A stretch of 64,000 nucleotides of DNA from Chloroflexota bacterium (GTDB lineage: Bacteria > Chloroflexota > UBA11872): assembly GCA_026708035.1 (NCBI GenBank), contig JAPOVQ010000001.1, positions 151,970 to 215,969 on the forward strand, given 5' to 3'. A program made the position numbers and the translations under genes. Shown one piece after another: positions 57,543-64,000 of the stretch. Numbering within the stretch: position 1 is the first letter of the stretch; every line of letters begins with the position of its first letter. Under the pieces are notes generated by a model that did not search any database, was not told the origin of the DNA, and saw nothing but the letters and a program-made list of their open reading frames with translations.

Positions 57543-59224
57543 GCCCGCGCCTCCGCCGAGTGAAACGTATCCACGCCGCCCCGCAGTGAGCCGTCCGGCC
57601 CGGCCAGGATCGTCACCGGGCTGGCGAACGCCGACTGTTCCGGATACGGCGGCACTTGCACGTCCCAGCCGCGCGCCCGCAGGTCCTCGTGCACCGCGTC
57701 GCCCAGGCGGGCGTCGGCCGTGACCCAAGGCGTGCTGGCGTCGATGCGCGGCGCGTCGATGGCCTCCTGCGCGCCCATTGCGTGGTCGACGACGTGGGAA
57801 ATGATCTGCGAGACGCAGTTGGTGATGCGGCGTCCGCCGGACGCGCCCACCGCGAGCAGCGGTTGTCCATCCCGCGTAACGATGGCGGGCGTCATATTGC
57901 TGAGGCCGAACGAGCGGGGCCGCAGGGAGTTTGGGCGTCCCGGCCGCGGGTCGAACCACCACATGCCGTCGTTCCAGCAGATGCCGGTGCCGCGCGGCAC
58001 GATCTCCGCGCCCCAGGCCCCGCCCAGCGTGTTGGTCAGCGACACGAACGTGCCGTCGCCGTCCGCCGTACACAAGTGCGTGGTGGAGGAGTCGCCCTTC
58101 AGGCGCTCGATCTCGCGGTCGGCCGCCATGTAGGCCCAGGGATCGCCGGCACCGGCGGACGCGGGCGCATGCCGCAGATCGATCGACTTGGCCTGCGCCG
58201 CTGCGTGCTCTTTGCCGACCAGATCCGCCCACGGCGCGTCGACGAAGTCCGGATCGCCCATGTGAATGAAGCGATCGACCTGCGCCAGTCGCAATGCCCA
58301 GATGTAGGCGTGCAGACGGTCCGCATCGACCTGGTTCCCGGCTCCGTCGTACGCCTGCTCGAACACGTTGAGCGTGCCGGCAGTCGTCGGCCCCGCGCAG
58401 CCTGGGCCGGGCGTGACGACGGTGGCATCGCGATAGGACGTTTCGAGCGGCTCCATCGCCCAGGCGCGGTACTGGGCCAGGTCATCGCGGCGCAGCGCGC
58501 CGCCGTTGGCCACGCAGTCGTCCGCGATGGCCTTGGCCAGGTCGCCACGGTAGAAGACGTCCGGTCCGTCGCGCGCTATGGCGTCCAGGCTGTCGGCCAG
58601 GTCGGGCTGCACCAGCAGCGGCTGCTCGCCCACGTCGGCTCGGGGCGGTCCGCCGTCGGCGTAGTAGACGCGCCCCAACTCCGCGCGGCGCTGCCCGGCG
58701 GCAGCGTGGCGGCCCATTTGCAGCAAATCGAACCACGTCAGCCGCGACCCGCGGCGCGCCAGCTCGACCGCCGGCACCACCAACTCCCGCCACGGCAGGC
58801 GGCCATGTCGCTGGTGCAGCAGCGCCAGTCCCGCGACGGCGCCCGGAATCGACATCGACGACCAGCCGATCAAGTTCGCGTCATCGACCACTCCCGGCCA
58901 CAGGAAGGCGCCGAGGGCCCCCCGGCCGTCCAGCGGATACCGATCGGGCGTGGCCAGGGCGGGCGACTGCATGGGAAAGGCCACCACGTCGGCACCGGCC
59001 GGTCCGGCCACCACGCAATACCCACCGCCGCCGATGCCGCTCGACCACGGCTCGGCCACGCCGACGGCGAAGGCCGCGGCCACCGCCGCGTCAACAGCAT
59101 TTCCACCGGCCTGCAACGTGTCCAAGCCAATCGCGCTGGCCTCCGGATGCTTGGTGGCGACCAGACCGCGCGACCCTTCGACCTCCGACTTTTGCATCGA
59201 GACCTGCGTGCGCGTTGGATTCAT
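57536..59224 (-). CDS. ggt: gamma-glutamyltransferase
   Basis: GGT N-terminal signature …ATKHPEASAIGLDTLQAGGNAVDAAVAAAFAVGVAEPWSSGIGGGGY… and the autocatalytic Thr region; 562 aa. Confidence 0.8.
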   Translation of the reverse strand: MNPTRTQVSMQKSEVEGSRGLVATKHPEASAIGLDTLQAGGNAVDAAVAAAFAVGVAEPWSSGIGGGGYCVVAGPAGADVVAFPMQSPALATPDRYPLDGRGALGAFLWPGVVDDANLIGWSSMSIPGAVAGLALLHQRHGRLPWRELVVPAVELARRGSRLTWFDLLQMGRHAAAGQRRAELGRVYYADGGPPRADVGEQPLLVQPDLADSLDAIARDGPDVFYRGDLAKAIADDCVANGGALRRDDLAQYRAWAMEPLETSYRDATVVTPGPGCAGPTTAGTLNVFEQAYDGAGNQVDADRLHAYIWALRLAQVDRFIHMGDPDFVDAPWADLVGKEHAAAQAKSIDLRHAPASAGAGDPWAYMAADREIERLKGDSSTTHLCTADGDGTFVSLTNTLGGAWGAEIVPRGTGICWNDGMWWFDPRPGRPNSLRPRSFGLSNMTPAIVTRDGQPLLAVGASGGRRITNCVSQIISHVVDHAMGAQEAIDAPRIDASTPWVTADARLGDAVHEDLRARGWDVQVPPYPEQSAFASPVTILAGPDGSLRGGVDTFHSAEARAW

Positions 59225-60180
59225 CAGGCCACCACCGATTCCGAGAACAGCGCGCTCACCGATTCGCCGGTATGGATACGCCGGATGGCCTCGGCCAGCA
59301 GGGGAGCAACGGGCAGCACGCGAATCTTGCCCTGGGGCCGGCCCGGCTCCAGCGGAATGCTGTCGGTCACCACCATCTCCTCGAGCGGCGACGCCTCCAC
59401 GATGTCGTAGGCCTCGTCGGTGAACACCGGGTGCACGCAGGCAGCGTAAACGGCCCGCGGCTCTTGCTTCACGATTTCACGCAAGCCCTCACGTATGGAC
59501 TGCCCGGTGACTACCTCGTCTTCCACGTAGAGCACCGTGCGTCCGCGCACGTCGCCGACCAGCCCGCGAATCATGACCTCGGCCGTGAGCGGATCGCGAA
59601 ACTTGTCCAGCACGGCCAGCGGCGCTCGCAGCCGCCGCGCGCACTCGCTGGCCGTCTTGATGCGGCCGGTGTCGCCCACGACCACCAGATCGTCGAATCC
59701 CAGGTCTTCGAAGTATTGGGTGAGCAGCGGCATGCCGCTCAAGTGGTCGCTGGGGATGCTGAAGAATCCCCCGATTTGCTCGGCGTGCAGGTCCAGCGTG
59801 AGCACGCGGTTGGCGCCGGCGGTGGCCAGCAGGTCGGCGACCAGGCGCGCCGTGATTGCCACCCGCGGCTGGTCCTTCTTGTCGGACCGCATGTAGGGGA
59901 AGTACGGCACGACGGCCGTCACCCGCGCGGCCGAGGCGCGGCGCAGGGCGTCGATCGTGATGAACAGCTCCATCACGGACTGGTTGACCGGCGGGCGCGA
60001 GGTTTGGACCACGAATACATCGGCTTCGCGCACGTTTTCCAGCACGCGGACAAACGTGTTGTCGTTGCCGTACTCGAAGGTCTCCATGGCGCCGGGTTCG
60101 CAGCCCACCTCGCGGCAGATTCCCTCGGTCAGCGCGGGATGCCCGCGGCAGCCGAAGACCATCAGCCCGTTGTCGTGCAT
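59224..60180 (-). CDS. prs: ribose-phosphate pyrophosphokinase
   Basis: …DLHAEQIGGFF… and PRPP-binding loop …VLYVEDEVVTGQSI…; start at MHDNGLMVFG. Confidence 0.8.
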   Translation of the reverse strand: MHDNGLMVFGCRGHPALTEGICREVGCEPGAMETFEYGNDNTFVRVLENVREADVFVVQTSRPPVNQSVMELFITIDALRRASAARVTAVVPYFPYMRSDKKDQPRVAITARLVADLLATAGANRVLTLDLHAEQIGGFFSIPSDHLSGMPLLTQYFEDLGFDDLVVVGDTGRIKTASECARRLRAPLAVLDKFRDPLTAEVMIRGLVGDVRGRTVLYVEDEVVTGQSIREGLREIVKQEPRAVYAACVHPVFTDEAYDIVEASPLEEMVVTDSIPLEPGRPQGKIRVLPVAPLLAEAIRRIHTGESVSALFSESVVA

Positions 60181-60210
60181 GCTCAAGCGCCTTCCGTGGA
60201 GAGCCACCGG

Positions 60211-60645
60211 TCAGCGGATCGGGTCGTAGCAGACGGTGACCGGGACGGGACTCTGGCGCAGCACGTGCGTCGCGGTGAATCCCAGGTCGCACTCGTGCTG
60301 TCCCAGGAAGCGATGCGTGCCGACCACGATCGAGGCCGCGTCGTGGCGCAGTGCGGCCGCGATGATGGCCGTGGAAGCCGCGCGCGCCTGGCACACCTCG
60401 GTTTCCACCTTCACGCGGCGATCACCCACGTGCTTCTGCGCGGTTGCCAAGATGGCCTCAGCCCGCACCAGCGCCTGTTCATCCGACGTTTCCAGCGGTT
60501 GCTGATGACCGACCTCGATTACATGGAGCAGCAGCAGCGAGCGCCGGTGCCGTCGCGCCAGCAGCGCGGCCGTGCTGGTGACGATTTCGTCCATGTGCCC
60601 ACCGTTGACGGCCGCCGCAACCGGTCCCTGGCCGTCTTCGTCCAC
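60211..60645 (-). CDS. universal stress protein (UspA family)
   Basis: …LLLLHVIEV… and C-terminal ATP-binding motif …IVVGTHRFLGQ…VLRQSPVPVTV. Confidence 0.6.
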   Translation of the reverse strand: MDEDGQGPVAAAVNGGHMDEIVTSTAALLARRHRRSLLLLHVIEVGHQQPLETSDEQALVRAEAILATAQKHVGDRRVKVETEVCQARAASTAIIAAALRHDAASIVVGTHRFLGQHECDLGFTATHVLRQSPVPVTVCYDPIR

Positions 60646-60660
60646 GCTGGCCGGCGCCGC

Positions 60661-61686
60661 CTACCCGGCGGCCGCCGCCACCGCCTCGTCCTCGACGGCC
60701 GGGCCCAGGATCGCCGTCCGCACCGCCTGGTCGACTCGTTCCGCCAAGTCCGCGTTTTCGCGCAGGAAGGTCTTGGCGTTTTCGCGTCCCATGCCGAGCC
60801 GCGTGCCGTCGTAGGAGTAGTGGGCGCCGCTCTTGGTGAGGATTCCCTGCTCGACGCCGAGGTCCAGCAGGTCGCCTTCGCGGGAGATGCCGGTGCCGTA
60901 CATCATGTCGAACTCCGCCGTGCGGAACGGCGGCGCGACCTTGTTCTTGACCACGCGCACCCGTGTGCGAGCGCCCACGCTCTCGGTGCCAACTTTGATC
61001 TGTCCAATGCGCCGGATATCGAGCCGCACCGAAGAGTAGAACTTCAAGGCGCGCCCGCCGGGCGTGGTCTCCGGATTGCCGAACATTACGCCGATCTTCT
61101 CGCGCAGTTGGTTGATAAAGATGACGATGGCGCGCGAGCGATTGATGTTGGCCGTGAGTTTGCGCATGGCCTGCGACATGAGCCGAGCCTGCAATCCCAC
61201 CTGCATGTCGCCCATGTCGCCCTCGATTTCGGCACGCGGCACCAGGGCCGCCACCGAGTCCACCACGATGATGTCCACGGCGTTGCTGCGCACAAAAACA
61301 TCGGTAATCTCCAGCGCCTCCTCGCCGGTGTTCGGCTGCGAGACGATGAGATCGGCGATGTTGACGCCGAGTTTCTCGGCATAGGCCGGGTCCAGCGCGT
61401 GCTCCACGTCCGTGAACACCGCCGTCCCGCCCGCCCGCTGCGCTTCGGCCACCGCGTGCAGCGCCAGGGTGGTCTTGCCGGAGCTCTCCGGGCCGAAGAC
61501 TTCGACCACGCGGCCCCGCGGGAGCCCGCCCACGCCCAGGGCAAGATCGATGCTCAATGAGCCGGTGGAGACGACCGGAATGGGGTCGCGGGCCTGGTCG
61601 TCCATGCGCATGACCGCGCCGGCGCCGAACTTGCGCTCAATCTGCGCAATGGCGGAATCGATGGCGCCCGAGCGCTCGTCAGACAT
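60661..61686 (-). CDS. recA: recombinase RecA
   Basis: …[15 protein letters not shown]…[13 protein letters not shown]…[21 protein letters not shown]…; start at MSDERSG (codon 61684..61686). Confidence 0.9.
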   Translation of the reverse strand: MSDERSGAIDSAIAQIERKFGAGAVMRMDDQARDPIPVVSTGSLSIDLALGVGGLPRGRVVEVFGPESSGKTTLALHAVAEAQRAGGTAVFTDVEHALDPAYAEKLGVNIADLIVSQPNTGEEALEITDVFVRSNAVDIIVVDSVAALVPRAEIEGDMGDMQVGLQARLMSQAMRKLTANINRSRAIVIFINQLREKIGVMFGNPETTPGGRALKFYSSVRLDIRRIGQIKVGTESVGARTRVRVVKNKVAPPFRTAEFDMMYGTGISREGDLLDLGVEQGILTKSGAHYSYDGTRLGMGRENAKTFLRENADLAERVDQAVRTAILGPAVEDEAVAAAAG

Positions 61687-62029
61687 GGGTTTTCCTCCCG
61701 GAGCACGAGGCGCTCGCCGCGCCGCGTCATGGTAACCGAGGGGCCGCGCCGAGGCATCCGCCGCAACCGGCCTGGGTTCCCCCTCATCCTGTCCTTCTCC
61801 CACCAGGGGAGAAGGGAATCCACGCCGCCCGTACCCGCTTCAGTCCGGTCCGATCCTTTGTCGTTCGCTGGGGTCCGGCCCCCTCTCCCTCGATGGGAGA
61901 GGGTTGGGGTGAGGGTGACACTCCGGAATGCCTGTCGGCGGAATTCGAGTGACCCACAACCCTCTCCGGTTGCCGTCCCCGTGGCGGCGGGCTAGCTTGC
62001 AGCACGGCTCCGAATCCGAGGCCCTTGCG

Positions 62030-63076
62030 ATGCTTCCGACGACGATGACCGCCGCCGTGCTCCACGGCCCCGGCGACTTGCGTATCGAAACCCGTCCCGT
62101 CCCCAACGTCGAGCCCACGGACGTGGCGGTGGACGTGGCGTTTTGCGGCATCTGCGGCACCGACCTGCACTACTGGGACGGCTGGACCTTCGACGCCTGG
62201 CTCCCCAACTACGACCAGCCCTGGGTGCCGGGCCACGAGTTCACGGGCACGGTGGTGGCGGTCGGCGGCGAGGTGCCGGACCTATCGGTCGGCGACCGCG
62301 TGGTGGTCGAGCCGCGCACGCCCTGTCAGACCTGTGCGCCCTGCCGCAAGGGCATCACGAATTTCTGCACCAGCATGCGCGGCATGCGCGGCAGCGGGGC
62401 CTGGGCCGAGTACACCGTGGTGGACTATCGCAACGTCGTGCGATTCCCGAAACACCTGGACCCGCAACTCGTCAGCCTCACGGAGCCGCTAGGCTGCGTG
62501 CTGCGCGGGTTCGACCGCATCGACATCACCGCCGGGGATTTCGTGTTCGTGGCCGGGGCCGGACCGATCGGCCTGCTGGCCATGCAGATGGCCAAGCACA
62601 GTGGCGCCGCGCGAGTGCTGGTGAGCGAGCCGCACCCCTCGCGCCGGGACCTGGTGGCGGAGCTAGGCGCGGACGCCATCCTGGACCCGACCACCGACGA
62701 TGTACCCGCGGCGGTGCGCGACGCCACGCGCGGACTTGGGGCCGACATCTGCATCGAGGCCGCCGGCGTGAATCCGGCGTTCCAGGCCTGCATCGACAGC
62801 GTGCGCGACAGCGGCACGATCCTGGTGCTGAGCCTGGCCAACCCGGAGGCGACGTTCGACCTCAAGCCCTACGACCTGTTCTCGCACGAGCTGCGGATCG
62901 TGGGCAGCAACACACGGCTCAACACGTTCCAGCGCGCACTGGACCTCGTGCCGCTGCTGGACCTTGAGCCCATCGTGACCGAGGTGCTGCCCCTCACGGA
63001 GGCCGTCAACGGCGTGCGCCGCGCCAAGGCCGGCGAGGGCGGGAAGATCGTGCTGGACTGTCGCGGCGGGAACTGA
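62030..63076 (+). CDS. zinc-dependent alcohol dehydrogenase family (threonine/sorbitol dehydrogenase-like)
   Basis: Catalytic Zn motif CGICGTDLH, structural Zn Cys cluster (CQTCAPCRKGITNFC), Rossmann VFVAGAGPIGL. Confidence 0.75.
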   Translation: MLPTTMTAAVLHGPGDLRIETRPVPNVEPTDVAVDVAFCGICGTDLHYWDGWTFDAWLPNYDQPWVPGHEFTGTVVAVGGEVPDLSVGDRVVVEPRTPCQTCAPCRKGITNFCTSMRGMRGSGAWAEYTVVDYRNVVRFPKHLDPQLVSLTEPLGCVLRGFDRIDITAGDFVFVAGAGPIGLLAMQMAKHSGAARVLVSEPHPSRRDLVAELGADAILDPTTDDVPAAVRDATRGLGADICIEAAGVNPAFQACIDSVRDSGTILVLSLANPEATFDLKPYDLFSHELRIVGSNTRLNTFQRALDLVPLLDLEPIVTEVLPLTEAVNGVRRAKAGEGGKIVLDCRGGN

Positions 63077-63081
63077 CCCGA

Positions 63082-63441
63082 TCAGCCCGGATAGTCGATA
63101 GCGATCACCACGCCGGCGACGATTTCCTCGACCTGGTCGGCGTCCAGCGCGCCGATCCGCTCAATAAACCGCTCAGTTGACACGCTGCGCACCTGCAAGA
63201 AGTCGGCGGCGGACTCCGCATCCAGGCCATTCCGGTCATCTACCGGAATTCGGAGCTTGTTGATTCGGTCGGCGAACTCCGGTCGCCAGGTTGTCAGCGG
63301 AACGATGATCCGAAGAAGGGCTACGTCGAATGCCGGCGAACTCACCACCACGACCGGACGGTCGCGCTGCAACTCGGCTCCTACGGCACGAGGCAGGCGA
63401 ACCAGCCACACTTCGCCGCGTGAGGGTGAGTCATTCGCCAC
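63082..63441 (-). CDS. MazF/PemK-family type II toxin (mRNA interferase)
   Basis: 119 aa; GEVWLVRLP…RDRPVVVVSSPAFDVALLRIIVPLTT…, typical of the PemK/MazF fold. Confidence 0.65.
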   Translation of the reverse strand: MANDSPSRGEVWLVRLPRAVGAELQRDRPVVVVSSPAFDVALLRIIVPLTTWRPEFADRINKLRIPVDDRNGLDAESAADFLQVRSVSTERFIERIGALDADQVEEIVAGVVIAIDYPG

Positions 63442-63455
63442 GGCTCGCTCGGCGG

Positions 63456-63725
63456 CTAGTGAATCGGGTCAGACAGCGTCGCGTCCCACGCGTCAGTCAC
63501 ATCAGGTTCGATCGCGATCCGCGCCCGGCGCAGCACACGATGGCGCTCCTCGGGTGGACGACGCGCTAGGTCGCGAAGGGACCCCTGAAACGTGCTCGGC
63601 TGTTCGCCGTCTTGACCGGCGTCCGAGTCGCTAACGTCCGCCGCCGTCTGCACCATTCCTACTGCCTCGCTGGTGAATTTCGATTGCCAAGCTCGGATTG
63701 ACGAATCTCCGACGGCTTCGCCCAC
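63456..63725 (-). CDS. putative cognate antitoxin (unclassified)
   Basis: Small acidic ORF 14 nt upstream of the mazF-like gene on the same strand. No recognisable RHH/MazE motif and the start is uncertain. Confidence 0.3.
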   Translation of the reverse strand: MGEAVGDSSIRAWQSKFTSEAVGMVQTAADVSDSDAGQDGEQPSTFQGSLRDLARRPPEERHRVLRRARIAIEPDVTDAWDATLSDPIH

Positions 63726-63812
63726 TTGTCAACCTATGCGAATCGATGTCCGGTGATGATCAGCCGACGCCTACAATGCTCGGCGGCGGAAGACGGCCGG
63801 AAGAGGCCCACA

Positions 63813-64000
63813 CATGTCATTTGAAGACCGCCTGACCGAACTCGGCATCGAGCTGCCGGACGCGCCGCGGCCGATGGCTAGCTATGTGCCGGCGGTGCGG
63901 AGCGGATCACAGCTTTGGATAGCGGGGCAGCCGCCGGGTCCGGATTGGGGCGGCGGTCAGATTGGGCGGGAGTACACGATCGAGCAGGGCGCCGCCGCGG
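63813..64000 (+). CDS. RidA/YjgF-family protein (5' fragment, runs off the window)
   Basis: MSFEDRLTELGIELPDAPRPMASYVPAVRSGSQLWIAGQ…. Confidence 0.55.

Noticed and set aside
59489-60394. 301-aa minus-strand ORF in an alternative frame
   Set aside because: Overlaps prs in another frame. The prs frame has clear PRPP-synthetase motifs; this one is Arg/Gly/Pro junk.

Overview
This is a high-GC (~68-70%) bacterial chromosomal segment, gene-dense on both strands, with a composition that looks Chloroflexi/Actinobacteria-like. Most of it is housekeeping: formate dehydrogenase alpha, Lnt, recQ, folC, NuoE/NuoF-like subunits, rpmI-rplT-trmH-pheS-pheT, ctaA/ctaB, ggt, prs, recA, and two tRNA clusters (Tyr-Asp-Met and Met-Leu). 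Several accessory items stand out. (1) A peroxiredoxin/redoxin-family ORF has an in-frame TGA exactly at the peroxidatic Cys position (…FYRGHW-TGA-SHC…) followed by a short GC hairpin, so it is a candidate selenoprotein. (2) Two tandem lipoproteins carry plant-type LRRs with LRRNT-like caps. (3) A membrane-anchored sulfatase gene has a low-GC catalytic half, sits next to tRNA-Met/Leu and is interrupted by an in-frame TAG. (4) A ~45-90 nt palindromic dispersed repeat occurs in four same-orientation intergenic copies. (5) Two low-GC islets carry an HNH endonuclease and a NYN-domain RNase. (6) There is a standalone Cas4-like Fe-S PD-(D/E)XK nuclease with no CRISPR array, an orphan Phd/YefM-like antitoxin, and a MazF-like toxin cassette. 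Many long ORFs in the six-frame track are antisense overprints typical of high-GC DNA and were not called.
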